DNA of 63,621 nucleotides, counting the filler, from Chiloscyllium plagiosum (taxonomy: Eukaryota): assembly GCF_004010195.1 (NCBI RefSeq). It is 5 parts of one record of this genome, joined end to end, with 100 filler letters (N's around TTAATTAATTAA, not from the genome) between each part and the next. Parts side by side here need not be neighbours in the genome. Positions count along the whole stretch, not along the records: positions 23,028 to 52,838 come from NC_057710.1; 4 more parts are not named here. The stretch is one strand, 5' to 3'. Below are positions 23,243 through 35,783 of the stretch, piece after piece (position 1 is the first letter of the stretch; the number at the start of each line of letters is the position of its first letter). The translations under genes were made by a program, and so were the position numbers. The notes beneath the pieces were generated by a model. It made no database searches, was not told the DNA's origin, and saw only the letters and a program-made list of their open reading frames with translations.

Positions 23243-23974
23243 GGTTAGCACTGCTGCCTCACAGCGCCAGAGACCCTGTTCAATTCCCGCCTCAGGCAAC
23301 TGTCTGTGTGGAGTTTGCACATTCTCCCTGTGTCTGTGTGGGTTTCCTCTGGGTGCTCCGGTTTCCTCCCACAGTCCAAAAATGTGCAGGTTAGGTGAAC
23401 TGGCCATGCTAAATTGCCCATAGTATTAGGTGTAGGGGAATGGGTCAGGGTGGGTAGCTCTTCGAAGGGTCGGTGTGGACTTGTTGGGCTGAAGGGCCTG
23501 TTTCCACACTGTAAGTAATCTAATCTACTGCCTTTATGCTTTTCTAAGGAACAGTACCTGTTCATATGAAATCTGAGAAGCATAAGGCCGAAGAAAAGAT
23601 AACCCAGGAAAATACAGAGGAAAATTGACACAGCTGACTGGCTTTGAAATTTGAATATTTTATTAAACTTAATCAGGGAGTTTTATTGGATCAGTATATT
23701 GTTGTAGAGTGAGAGGTCGATAAATTAATCAGACAAAAGAGGATTACAGTGTCGATAGTTGTTTGTTAAATGTTCTTTTTGTTCTTACTTGGTGCTAAAG
23801 AATAAATAGTCAATTTTTCTTTAGATAGTGAGATTTGGTAGCTGTTTGTCACTCAGACATTAACAGATTACGAGACGAAGTGAGCTTCTCTGGGTGTCTG
23901 TTTGAATTTAGCAGAAGGGTTTACCCCGAGTTGTAACAGTGAATGTAACCCCAGCTATGCACAGCTATTTTCAA

Positions 23975-24580
23975 GTCATAGAATCATAAAATTGTATAGT
24001 ACAGAAAGAGGCCATTCGACACATCATGTCTATACTGGCAACTGAAACAGTTACCCAGCTAGTGCCACTCTCCAGCCCTATCTCCGTAGCCCTCTAACTT
24101 AATCACTTTCAAATACATATCCAATTCTCTTTTAAAACCTCCTATACAATCCACATCCATGACTCTCCCAGGCAGCACATTCCAAATCCTAACAGCTCTT
24201 TACAACAAGTAAAGAAGTTTCTCTTCATCACATTCCCAGCTCTTTTATTAACGATCTTAAAGTTGAGACCCCTTGTTACTGACATACCAACTGGATAAAA
24301 CAGACCGTCTTTAATTATTCTGTCTAAATTCCTCATACTATTGAACAACTCAATAAGGTCACCTTTTAATGTCTGTTGCAAAGAACTTAAGACAAACCTC
24401 TCCAATCTTTTCTTGCATCTAAAATCCCTCATTCCTAGTATTATTTCAGTAAATCTCCTTTGAACTCTCTCCAGGGTTTTAACACCCTTCCTAACTAAAG
24501 TGCCCAGAATTGAACGCATTACTCCAAAAGTGGTCTGACCAATGATTTGCAGAAGTCTAGTGTCACTTCCTTGCTTTCTT
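23975..24580 (-). mobile_element. Old CR1 3' fragment
   Basis: TLERVQRRFTEII, KGDLIELF; tail gtcatagaatcata. Confidence 0.8.
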
Positions 24581-24581
24581 G

Positions 24582-25598
24582 TGGGGGAGGGGATAGTCTG
24601 GTGATATTATCACCAGACTATTAATCCAGAAACTCAGTTAATATTCTGGAGACCTGGGTGTGAAACCCGACATGGCAGACAGTGGAATTTGAATTCAATA
24701 TAAATCTGATATTAAAGATCAAATGATGATGATGAAACTATTGTCGATGGTCAGAAAAAACTCACCTGGTTCATATTATGAAAGCCCGTAGGTGTGTACT
24801 GTACCTTTCAGAAAGAGTAGAAGCTGGCACAGACTTAGAGAGGCACAGAGTGTGCTGAACAATTTAAAAATGTAACACTTGGTTGAAACAAATAGCTGGA
24901 GGTGTGTTACTATGGTACAAACATAAATTCAAATTTCGGCCAATCAGTTTAAATTATGATCCAGATAACAAGATCCAATCAAATTTGAATTTTTGTATTT
25001 TGACAATATCAAACCAATGAAATGATCTGATGTTTTGGGTATAAAATCTGACATTTTGAACAGTTTGGGGGAGAACAGCAAAGAGCAGCCAGGCAAGCAA
25101 CAACTACCAGCAGAATAGCTTTCTGAAAGGTACCTGTCCTAAGAAGTTTGTGCAGCAAAACACTGAAGCCAACCTATAGAAATCTACAGAGAAAGTTCGA
25201 CATCCGAGGACAATAACTGGGTTTGAAAGTGATTTGCCGTACATTTAAGAAGGAACTTTTTGGACCAGTATTGTAGAGTGGGGGAGGTTTAAAGTTATTG
25301 TTTAATATTCTCTTTTTGACTTAAGGAATAAAATTGTTGATTTTTTTCTTTAGATATTGAGATCTGGGATGGTTCTTTACTTCTCGATATTAAACAGGAT
25401 ATGGCACAAGGTGAGTTTCTCTGTGTTGGGTTTAAATTAGCAGTGGGGTTTACCCCGTGTCGTAACATTCATGAATGTCCTTCAAGGAAAGAAATCTGCA
25501 AACCTCACCTGGTCCAGCCTACATGTGACTTCAGATCCACACCAATGTGGTTGACTCTCAGCTGCCCTCTGAAAAAGCTGAGCAAACCTTTCAGTTGT
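24582..25598 (+). mobile_element. SacSINE1/Deu-type SINE split by a solo LTR
   Basis: tRNA-like head ...gactattaatccag...ctgggtgtgaaacccgacatggcag; Deu-like core cctacatgtgacttcagatccacaccaatgtggttgactctc. Confidence 0.7.
24774..25467 (+). mobile_element. Solo Gypsy LTR
   Basis: T(A)TTA...TAACA termini, 4-bp TSD TTCA (24770-24773 / 25468-25471), tataaaa near 25040, aataaa at 25327. Confidence 0.88.
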
Positions 25599-25614
25599 CT
25601 AGAGGTTTTTTGCC

Positions 25615-27117
25615 TCTAGACTGGGTCTGCAGCAGGTGGTGAGGGAACCATTAAGAGGGAAAAACACACTTAACCTCATCCTAACCAATCTGCCAGCTGC
25701 AGATGCATCTGTCCATGATGGTATCAGTAAGATTGACCGTTGCGCAGTCCTTGTAGAGACAAACTCCCACCTTTATATTGAGTATACCCTCCATGTTGTG
25801 TGGCACTATGACTGTGCTAAATGGGACAGACTTCGAACAAATCTATCAACTCAAGACTGGGCATCCAACAGGTGTTGTAGGCCATCAACAATAGCAGAAT
25901 TGTACTCCAGCACAACCTGTAACCTCATGGCCTGGCATATCCCCCACTCAACCATTACCATCAAGCCAGGGGATCAACCCGGGTTCAATTGAGAGTGCAG
26001 GAGACCATGCTAGGAGCAGCACCAGGTATAGCTGAATGTGAGGTGTCAGTCTGGTGAAGCCAAGTGCAAGACAGCGCTAAGCAATCCCACAATCAACGGA
26101 TCAGATCTAAGGTCTACAGTCTTGCCAGACTCAGTCGTGTGCGATTAAACAACTCACTGGAGGAGGATCCTCCGTGACGGAGGACCTCAGCACATCAGTG
26201 CAAAAGGTAAGCCTGATGTTTTCACAGCAACTTTCAGCCAGAAGTGCCAAGTGGACGATCCATCTCCAGTTGTCCCCAGATTGACGCTACCCTTCAGCCA
26301 ATTCAATTCACTCCACGTGATGTCAAGAAATGGTTGAAGACACTGAATACAGCAAAGCCATGACACCATTCTGGCAATAGTACTGAAGGCTTGTGCTCCA
26401 GAACTTGTTGCTCTCCTAGTCAAGCTGTTCCAGTGCAGTTACAACCCTACAATGTAGAAAATTGCCCAGGTTAGTCCTGTATATAAAATTCCAACCCAGC
26501 CAATTACTGCTCAATTAGTCTGCTCTCCATCATCAGTAAAGTAATGGAAGGTGTCATCAACAGTACTATCAAGCAGCATCTGCTCAGCAATAACCTGCTC
26601 AATAACCCAGTTTAGGTTCCACCAAGGCCACTCAGCTCCTGACCTCATTACAGCCTTGGTTCAAACATGGACAAAATAGCTGAATTCTGGAGGTGAGGTG
26701 ACTATGACAGCCCTTGACATGAAGGCTGAATTCGACCAATTGTGGCATCAAGGAGCCTGGGCAAAGATGGAATCAATGGGCAACAGAGACCAAACCTTCT
26801 GGTGGTTGGAGTCATATCTGGCACACAGGAAGATGGTTGTTATTGTTGGTTTTCAGTCATCTTAGCTCTCGAACATCTCTGCTGGAGTTCCTCAGGGTAG
26901 AGTCTTAGGCCCAACCATTTTCAGCTGCTTCATCAATGTTCTTCCCTTCACCATGGCCAGACGTGGGGATGTTCACTCATGATTGCACCGTTCGCGACTG
27001 CTCAGACACAAAGGAGCCCGTGTTGAAATTCAACAAAATCTGGACACTATTTGCACCACACAAATGCCAGGTAATGACCTCCATCAATTTAAAAAAAACA
27101 ATCTGACCACTGCCCCT
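25615..27117 (+). mobile_element. Second CR1/L2-group LINE family, APE end and RT (continues at 33027-33208)
   Basis: QVVREPLRGKNTLNLILTN, NYCSISLLSIISKVME, QFRFHQGHSAPDL, LDMKAEFD, GVPQGRVLGPTIFSCFIN. Confidence 0.8.
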
Positions 27118-27160
27118 GGAGATAGTATGGACTGCAGATGCTGTAAGTCAGAATCAATAA

Positions 27161-27440
27161 ACTAATGTGGCGGGGGCCTGGGAACCAGAAGATAAAATAA
27201 GTAAGTAGTGAGGTGGAGACTGGAGACTGTAAGAATTATGAAGATAGCATTAATAAAGGGAAGAATAGGCAGAGAGCAGATGAGTGCAAAAAAACTGGTG
27301 GCCTGAAATGCATCTACTTTAATGCAAGGAGTATAGTATGTAAGGCAGATGAACTTAGGGCTTGGATTGGTGCCTGGGAGTATGACGTTATTGCAATCTC
27401 AGAGACTTGGTTGAAGGAAGGGCATGATGATTGGCAACTA
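27161..27440 (+). mobile_element. CR1 ORF1/ORF2 junction and APE N-terminus
   Basis: CIYFNARSIVCKADELRAWIGAWEYDVIAISETWL. Confidence 0.85.
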
Positions 27441-28575
27441 GACTTCAAACAGGCACTACAACTGGCTTTGTCATTAGAAAATGCAACAAATGGAGCATAT
27501 GAGTTACAGAGTGTGCTGTTGGAAATGGACACCATCATCAGTCTGACAGAGCTTGGAGAACACAACTTGAGCGATGGCAATTGCATAGTCTTACTCAGGA
27601 CATATCCTGAACAGAGGGTCTCTCGGTCACTCAGCAGCAAAACCCCAAAACAAAGTTAAGCCTAGGCCAAATGCTTAACATTTTCTTCAGGGTTGGCAAA
27701 CCATTGTATTTGCTGCTGATATGTGAATTGCAGATAGCAAAATGGTTTCAGTAGACCAGAATTGAGGAAGTGAACTCATAGGCTGTATCCAGAAGAATGC
27801 ACTCCCTGGAAAGCCCACCTACATCTGGCCTGGAACAGTTAAATTGCTCAGCAACATCCAAATCAGAACCGATTAAAATAAACATCTTGTGAAATGGTCG
27901 CCTGGTTCTCATGGAGTTGAGAGTATGTTGGTGGGAAAGCACAGCAGGTCAGGCAGCATCTGAGGAGCAGGAGAATCGACATTTCGGACATAAGCCCTTC
28001 ATCAGGAATAGAGGTCAATATTGGTGCAGTTGTATCAGTGATTACAGAACCAGGTCATAAGTTTGTGTAAGACCTTGGCTCGATCAAGGACCTATCCCAG
28101 GACACCTTTACAGATAAAAGGTACAACTTTGCTACTGGTTTCACATGAGTAGCAGCTGGTTGAGTTCTCACTGATTGTAGTAAAAGGTTCAGGCCCAAGC
28201 CTGATGAGGTGAAATTGGCTGAGAAAGAATCACCTTGATTGGCTCAACGTCTTTTTATTAGAAAATGGCTCCCTGAATGAAGTCCTAATTAAATACTCAA
28301 TCCCTCACAAAACTGGCTGGTGGGTTGTCCTTCACAAAACTGGACATGAACCATGCTTACCTGCAATTACAGGGGTCCCAGAAATATGCAACAATTATTA
28401 CCCATAAGGGTTTGTACCAATATGTGAGACTGCCATTTGGGGTATTGTCAGTCTGTGCCACTTTTCACTGGACAATTGAGAATATTTTGTAAAATCTACC
28501 TCATGTCACTATTTATGTGGATGAAATGCTAATAATAACAGGGACGACCAATCAAGAGCTCTTTAAGAATTTAGA
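27436..28575 (+). mobile_element. Degraded Gypsy gag-protease-RT fragment (second family)
   Basis: LDFKQALQLALSLENA; KSEPIKINIL*NGRLVLME..NIGAVVSVI (decayed DTG protease); LDMNHAYLQL, YATIITHKGL, RLPFG. Confidence 0.7.
27918..28010 (-). mobile_element. PLE pLTR insert with hammerhead core
   Basis: Reverse complement attcCTGATGAagggcttatgtccGAAAtGTCgatt; splits the protease motif. Confidence 0.8.
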
Positions 28576-28707
28576 GAACTGTGGGGACCAAGGAGAGAGC
28601 AGGACGGTGTCAAGGTATGAAAAAATAAGTTTGGTGGGGCAGGAGCAGCGGAGATGATAGGTCGACTGGAGAAGTCAAGTGTTTCGATTTTGGATAAGAG
28701 GTGGATA

Positions 28708-29233
28708 ACTCCTCACATACATTTGTGACACCACCCACATGCTTCACCTCATCCATGAATTTCATTACTCCAGCCCCCAAGGCCTTACTTTCACCATAGA
28801 CAGCCAGTCCCTATATACGTCCATCCGGTATGACGAAGGCCTCCAAGCCCTCCATTTCTTCCTCTCCCACCAACCTAATCAGTATCCTCCACCAACACAC
28901 TTATTCATTGGCAGAACTGGTTGTCACCCTCAACAACTTCTTCTGTGGAATCTTCCCACTTTCTTTAGACCAGATGGGCCCCAGCTATGCCTGCCTCTTC
29001 ATCGGGTATGTGGAACACTCCATCTTCCGCATTGATGATGATATCAGCACCACCACATGCTCCCACGAGGAGGTTGAACAGTTCATCAACTTCACCAACA
29101 CATTCCACCCTGACCTTAAGTTAGCTGGACCATCTCAGACACCTCACTCCCCTTCCTGGACTTCTCAGTTTCCATGCTGAAAATGTGTTGCTGGAAAAGC
29201 GCAGCAGGTCAGGCAGCATCCAAGGAGCAGGAG
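28708..29233 (+). mobile_element. Neptune-type PLE RT fragment followed by inverted pLTR (29176-29233)
   Basis: FTIDSQSLYTSI, MGPSYACLFIGYVE, IDD, EVEQFINFTNTFHPDLK. Confidence 0.85.
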
Positions 29234-29252
29234 NNNNNNNNNNNNNNNNNNN

Positions 29253-29630
29253 TTGCAGGTTAGGAAGGTGGTGCTGAGTTCGAGGGATTTGACTGAGACA
29301 ATGTGGGGGGAGGGGAAATGAGGAAACTGGAGGAATCTGAGTTCATCCCTTGTGATTGGAGGGTTCCTAGGCGGAAGATGAGTCGCTCTTCCTCCAGCCG
29401 TCGTGTTGCTAGGGTCTGGCGATGGAGGAGTCCAAGGACCTGCATGTCCTTGGTGGAGTGGGAGGGGGAGTTAAAGTGTTGAGCCACGGGGTGGTTGGAT
29501 TGGTTGGTCCGGGTATCCCAAAGGTGTTCTCTGAAACGTTCCGCAAGTAGGCGGCCTGTCTCCCCAATATAGAGGAGGCCACATCGGGTGCAGAAGATGC
29601 AGTAAATGATGTGTGTGGAGGTGCAGGTGA
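29253..29630 (-). mobile_element. Neptune-type PLE GIY-YIG fragment
   Basis: IIYCIFCTRCGLLYIGETGRLLAERFREH...RRLEEERLIFRLGTLQ. Confidence 0.9.
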
Positions 29631-30002
29631 AACAACAATTATATGTAGATTTTTTCTAACCACAAAATGGTTTTCAATTTAAAAGAATACTATAAAATGG
29701 CTGAGAATAGTGATTGAACCCTGTGAACTTGTACTGCTGATTTGCTGAATTAAGCTGAAATTCAAAGATAAGAGAACAATAGAGTTTTCATAAAATGAAT
29801 ACTGACACATTAATTGACCATTCGAACTAACCTTGAACTACTACCATGGCATGACAATTTATGTAAATAAGATTTCTTTTCCAAGGAATACCATTGGATT
29901 AGCCTGTTGTCAATCATGTTACCATATTACAGTTGATTGGACTTTTCTTGTAATTAAGAATCCTTTCCCAGGAAATATCATTGGATTAACCTGCTGTAAA
30001 TC

Positions 30003-30095
30003 CTTCCTGAAGAAGGGCCTGTGCTCGAAACGTCGAATCTCCTGTTCCCTGGATGCTGCCTGACCTGCTGTGCTGTTCCAGCAATAAAGTTTCAA
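30003..30095 (+). mobile_element. 93-bp hammerhead-bearing PLE mini-insert
   Basis: Perfect 12-bp TSD ctgctgtaaatc (29991-30002 / 30096-30107); ttc-CTGAAGA-agggcctgtgctc-GAAACGTC-gaa. Confidence 0.88.
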
Positions 30096-30364
30096 CTGCT
30101 GTAAATCTTGTCACCTTATTATATGTGATTGGGCTTTCTTCTAATTAAGGCTGTACTATCTCTTAAAAAAACCATATAAATAATGTGTAATTTTTAAATG
30201 TAATTATGCAACTTCACCATGGAACACAGAAGCTTTAACCCCTGTGTTGCTGGATAGAATTGCATCAAGGTACCTTAATTCAATAAACTAATGACCCTTG
30301 CATTTGAATAGACCGCATTCGTTGATTCTTTGGACTGATCTCGACTGGTTTAGTGGGGTCTACA

Positions 30365-32480
30365 TCTTCACTCTCTTTGTTCTTCTTAACTCTCTCTTTA
30401 AATCCTTCCCAGCTGGTCTGTAACTCTCTATTGCCTCATCTGAACCATCTTGTTTCATCAACACATAAGCCTCCTTCTTCCGCTTAACAAAGGATGCAAT
30501 TTCTGTAGTAAACCACGGTTCCCTTACCTCATCATTTCTCCCAGCCTAACAGGGACATACCTATCAAGGACACGCAATATCTGTTCCTTAAACTAGCTCC
30601 ACATTTCCATTGTCTGCGTCCCCTGGTTTTTTCTACCCCATTCTGTGCATCCTAATTCTTGCCTGATCACATTATAATTGCCCTTACCCCATCGATAACT
30701 CTTGACCTGTGGCATGTACCTATCCCTTTCCATCGCTAAACAAAATGTAATTGAATTATGGTCACTCTGTCCAAAGAGATCACCTACAACTATATCAAAC
30801 ACCTCGCCTGGTTCATTACCAAGCACCAGATCCAGTGTGGCCTCCCCTATTGTCGGCCCTTTGACATACTGTGTCAGGAAACCCACCTGTACACATTGGC
30901 AAAAACTGATCCATCCGATGTACTAGAGTTATAACATTTCCAGTTAATGTTGGGGAAGTTAAAGTCCCCCATAATGACCACCTTGTTCCTTTCACTCCTA
31001 CCCAGAATAATTTTGCCAATCCTCTCCTCCACCTCCCTGGAACTCTGCGGACGCCTATAAAAAACTCCAACTAGTGTGACCTCTCCTCTCCTGTTTCTAA
31101 CCTTAGTCCACACTACCTCAGTAGATGTGTCCTCGTCAAAAGTTCTCTCAGCCACCGTTATATTATCCTTGACTAACAAGGGCACACCTCCCCCTCTTTT
31201 ACCACCCTCCCTGACCTGAATGAAAGATCTAAATCCTGAAACCTGCAACATCCATTCCTCACCCTGCTCTATCCATGTCTCCGAAATGGTCACAACTTCG
31301 ACGTCCCAGGTACCTATTCATGCTGCAAGCTCACCTACCTTATTTTGGAAAATCGACGTTTTGGGCATAAGCCCTTCTTCAGGCCCGAAACGTCGATTCT
31401 CCTGCTCCTTGGATGCTGCCTGACCGCTGCGCTTTTCCAGCAACACATTTTTCAGCTCTGATCTCCAGCATCTGCAGTCCTCACTTTCTCCTACCTTATT
31501 TTGGATACTTCTGGCATTGAAGAAGACACATTTCAAACCAGCTTGCTGTCTGCCAGCACATTCCTGTGACCATGAAATCCTGTCCCTGTCCTCCCTACTC
31601 TCATCTTCCTGTGCACTGCAACTACACCTCCGGTTCCCATCCCCCTGCTGAGCTAGTTTAAACCCACCCGAATAGCACCAGCAAATTTCCCACCCAGGAT
31701 ATTAGTACCCCTCTAGTTCAAGTGAAGACCGTCCTGTTTGTACAGGTCCCACCTTCCCCAGAATGAGCCCCAATTATTCAAGTACCTGAAACCCTCCCTC
31801 CTGTACCATCTTTGCAGCCATGTGTTCAGCTGATATCTCTCCCTATTCCTTGCCTCACTATCACCAGAGATAACAACTCTATTTGTTCTCGTTCTCAGCT
31901 TCCATCCTAGCTCCCTGAAATCCTGCCTTACATCCCGATCTCTCTTTCCACCTATGTCGTTTGTACCTACGTGGACCATGACTTGGAGCTGGTCACCCTC
32001 TCCCTTCAGGATCCCAAAGATACGATCTGAGACATCAGGCGCCCTGGCAATCTGGGAGGCAACACACCAACCATGAGTTTCGTTCGTTCCCAACAAACCT
32101 TCTATCTGACCCTCTAACTATTGAGTCCCCAATGACTAACACTCTCCTCCTTTCCCTCATTCCCTTCTGTGCAACAAGGACTGGCTCTGTGCCAGAGACC
32201 TGGGCCCCACTGCATACCCCTGATAAGTCGTTCCCCCCAACAGTATCCAAAATGGAATACATGTTTTTCAGGTGAACGACCACAAGGGATCTCTCCACTG
32301 ACTGCAATTTCCCCCCTTCAAACAGTCACCCTGCTTTCTTTGTGCCTCGGAGTAACTACTTCCCTGATACTATTATCTATCACAGTCTCGGCCTCCCAAA
32401 TGATCCAAAGTTCATCCAGCTCCCGCTCCAGTTCCCTAACACGTCTTGGAGGAGCGAGAGTTGGGTGCACTTCCTGCCGA
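30365..32480 (-). mobile_element. CR1 LINE 5' half (ORF1 esterase and APE)
   Basis: VIGDSIVRG, HVGTND, DGLHLN (SGNH blocks); FNARSIQNK, ISETW, MGDFNFPNI, LDLVLGNE, SDHN. Confidence 0.92.
31350..31491. mobile_element. PLE mini-element with short fold-back at the hammerhead
   Basis: 16-bp duplication cctaccttattttgga (31334-31349 / 31490-31505). Confidence 0.88.
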
Positions 32481-32482
32481 TT

Positions 32483-32860
32483 AACTTGGATAGGACACTA
32501 TAAAACGTGCGCCCACACCTCCCCCCTCACCTCCATCCAAGGCCCCAGAGGATCCTTCTACAGCCAGTCGAGATGTTCCTGCACATCCACCCACCTCATC
32601 TACCGTGTCCATTTCTCTTGATGTGGTCTCCTCTGTATTAGGAAGAAAGGATGCTGACTTGCAGAGCGTTTCAGGGAACATCTCTGGGACACACGTATCA
32701 ACCAACCCGTCCCTGCGGATGACCATTTCAACTCCCCCTCCCACTCCATCAAGGACATGCAAGTCCTGGGCCTCCTCCATTGCCCCCACCAACTTATCAC
32801 AATCACCCTCACCTATCGCCTTTCCAGCTACCTTACCCCCACCTCCACCCCCAAACTCCT
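32483..32860 (+). mobile_element. Neptune-type PLE linker/GIY-YIG fragment
   Basis: YKTCAHTSPLTSIQGPRGSF...CTSTHLIYR; ERFREH. Confidence 0.8.
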
Positions 32861-33204
32861 ATTTACCAGTTAGAGAGTTACCTGGTTGACAAATATAAAC
32901 AGGAGTGTCAGAGGTTCCACTTATTCTGAAAGCTAGCCCTGAGGAAGTTGGACCAGTATCAAGTACTATGCACATGCAAATAAAAGGTGACTTTGTGACA
33001 TAAACCAGCCTCTGTGCTGTTATTTCAAACACCATCCAGAACAAAGCAGCCTGTTTGATTCGCATTGCGTCTACAAATATCCATTCCCTCCACCAGCAAC
33101 AATGTGTATAACTATCTATAAATACAGAAATTTACCAAAGATCCTTCGACAGCACCTTCCAAACCAATTGTCATTTCCATCTCGAAGGACAAGGGCACGG
33201 AACA

Positions 33205-34140
33205 CCTATGGGATCTCTGATATCAGGGTTCTTAGCAGAGGCAATCATGCAGGGACTTGAACAAACAGCTCTGCCAACCATCCAACCCAAACTTTGGGTC
33301 CGCTACGTGGATGACACCTTTGTCATCACTAAACAAAACAAATTAGAGGAAACCTTCAAGACAATCAAATAGTACCCTTACTGGCATAAAATTCACTGAA
33401 GATGAGGAAAACAACAACAAACTACCATTCCGAGATGTCGCAGTAGAGCAAACAGTCAATGGGCAACTTCAAACCAGTGTCTATAGAAAAACAACACATA
33501 CCATCCAAATCTTGAACTACAGAAGCAATTCTCCCAACATCCACAAACGAAGCTGCATCAGCGAGCCAACACACACTGCAGCACAGAGGGATTATGCAGA
33601 GCAGAGGAAAGTCACCTATACCATGTATTCAAAAAGAATAGGTATCCAATGAACACAGTCCACTGATTTCTCAGCAACAAACCCAAACAAGCAGACAAAA
33701 CATGTCCAGAAACCCTTGCCACTCCCCCCTACATCAAAGACATCTCGGAAATGACTGCCAGACTACTCAGATCCCTTGGCATCATGGTAGCTGACAAACC
33801 CAGCAACACATTAAAACAGCAGCGAATGAACTTGAAAGACCTAATATAGACAACAAGCAAAACTAATGTCATTTACGAAATACCATATAAGAACTGTAAC
33901 AAACACTACATTGGACAAACAGGCAGAAAACTAGCCACCAAGATACATGAACACCAACTAGCCACAAAACGACATGACCCTCTGTCAACTAGTATCCTTA
34001 CATACTGATGAGGAAGGACATCACTTCGACTGGGACAACACATCCATACTAGGACAAGCCAAACAGAGACACGCACAAGAATTCCCAGAAGCATGGCATT
34101 CCAACTGAAACTCTGGCAACAAACACATCGAGTTAGACCA
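33205..34140 (+). mobile_element. Poseidon/Penelope-type PLE RT and GIY-YIG fragment
   Basis: PMGS..SG.LAE, LWVRYVDDTFVI, LPFRDV, VYRKTTHT, VIYEIP..NCNKHYIGQTGRKLATKIHEH. Confidence 0.88.
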
Positions 34141-34669
34141 AGTAACCAAGGAGTCCACGTCAATGCTTGTGAAATAAAACATTGTGAAAACCATTTAAGT
34201 GATTTGGCCAGTTTTACTTTTTTCTTTATATTTATACCCTAACTGTGTTTGTTTGTCTGTCTTTTGTGTGAATGGGGGCTGGAAACAAATGTTTTGGGTT
34301 AAAGGTATCAACGTTAATTACCTTATTTAATTTTCTCTATGCAAAAGGCATTGTGTATTTAATCAATAATTGTCTTTCATTTCAGATATAAAGCTGGTTT
34401 CTGTCAATTAATTATTCACAAAGTCAGGTTAGGAACGCTGGAGTGATTACTGGGGTTCTCAGTGGTTTAATTATACTATTAGCGAGTTTTGAGAAGATTA
34501 ATTATACTATGTTGTGAAGACAAAGATAGAAAGGCTGATTTGGTTCAGCAGTCAGAGAGTCATAACAACAGTTTAATGAGATGCTTATCAAAATTAAAAT
34601 CTTGTAAAAGGTTGTAGAGATTGCTTCTAATTCCATATTTTATGAGCAGATTTTCTGTCATAAGACATG

Positions 34670-34967
34670 ATGTGGAGGTGCCAGAATTGGACTGGGGTGT
34701 TAAAAATCAAAAAAGATTTCTGATGAAGGGCTCATGCTGAAACGTCGATTCTCCAGCTCCAGCACCACACTCTTGACTCTGATCTTCAGTGTCTGCAGTC
34801 CTCACTTTCTCAAAGTTAAAAATCACACATCAGGTTATAGTTCAAGTTTATTTTGAGGTATAAACTTTCAGAGCACTGCTCCTTCATCATGTACCTAACT
34901 ACCTAATGAACGGGCAGTACTCTGAAAGCTCCAAATAATCTTGGATTATAACCTGGTGTTGTATCAT
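34670..34967. mobile_element. Degenerate GAAAGCTA-type hairpin PLE terminus containing a nested GAAACGTC-type hammerhead insert (34710-34814)
   Basis: gttaaaaatca duplicated at 34699-34709 / 34815-34825; CTGATGA at 34720, GTC at 34744. Confidence 0.75.
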
Positions 34968-35783
34968 NNNNNNNNNNNNNNNNNNNNNNNNNNNNNNNNN
35001 NNNNNNNNNNNNNNNNNNNNNNNNNNNNNNNNNNNNNNNNNNNNNNNNNNNNNNNNNNNNNNNNNNNNNNNNNNNNNNNNNNNNNNNNNNNNNNNNNNNN
35101 NNNNNNNNNNNNNNNNNNNNNNNNNNNNNNNNNNNNNNNNNNNNNNNNNNNNNNNNNNNNNNNNNNNNNNNNNNNNNNNNNNNNNNNNNNNNNNNNNNNN
35201 NNNNNNNNNNNNNNNNNNNNNNNNNNNNNNNNNNNNNNNNNNNNNNNNNNNNNNNNNNNNNNNNNNNNNNNNNNNNNNNNNNNNNNNNNNNNNNNNNNNN
35301 NNNNNNNNNNNNNNNNNNNNNNNNNNNNNNNNNNNNNNNNNNNNNNNNNNNNNNNNNNNNNNNNNNNNNNNNNNNNNNNNNNNNNNNNNNNNNNNNNNNN
35401 NNNNNNNNNNNNNNNNNNNNNNNNNNNNNNNNNNNNNNNNNNNNNNNNNNNNNNNNNNNNNNNNNNNCGCTGGCAACGCATTCCATGCATTCACAACTCT
35501 GTGTGTGTGCTGGGAGGTGAGCATTTGCTGCGATCTGGAGTTCGGGAGTGAGTCCTGCCTTTGGGAGAGGATCAAACCGCTGTGAGTGAGCTGCACCTTC
35601 ACAATGTACTATGTTCCTGTAAGCGGGCCTGGCTTAATGGATAAAACAGGCCTCTATGGAGCCTGAACACCTGTGTGTGTGCTATGGGGTGTGTATTTGC
35701 TGCCTTCAGGAGTGGACTCTGCCTTTGGTTGTGGACTCTATCTCTGACAATGCATTCTGCAGACTGGAGTGGACTCTACATTT

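Larger units (their letters stand above)
22108..23527 (+). mobile_element. HE1-type SINE split at its A-box (22108-22133 and 23243-23527)
   Basis: ggcggcacagtggcaccgtggttag ... ggttagcactgctgcctcacagcgcc; ggttag duplicated; tail taatctaatcta. Confidence 0.88.
20216..23553 (-). mobile_element. CR1 LINE ORF2 3' half, interrupted by SINE at 22108
   Basis: EDWRLANVVPLFKKG, NYRPVSLVSVVGK, SQHGFVRGKSC, RGDLIEVYK; (CTATGACT)n tail at 20216-20232. Confidence 0.92.
19864..23938 (+). mobile_element. 3' LTR of the Gypsy element (19864-20215 and 23554-23938), split by nested insertions
   Basis: TGTTA...TAACA termini; both parts align with solo LTR 24774-25467; gtacc duplicated at 20211-20215 and 23554-23558. 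Confidence 0.85.

Noticed and set aside
31334..31505. Site-specific PLE targeting of the CR1 FNARS motif (also 55597)
   Set aside because: Only two events near this motif; other TSDs share no clear consensus beyond being AT-rich
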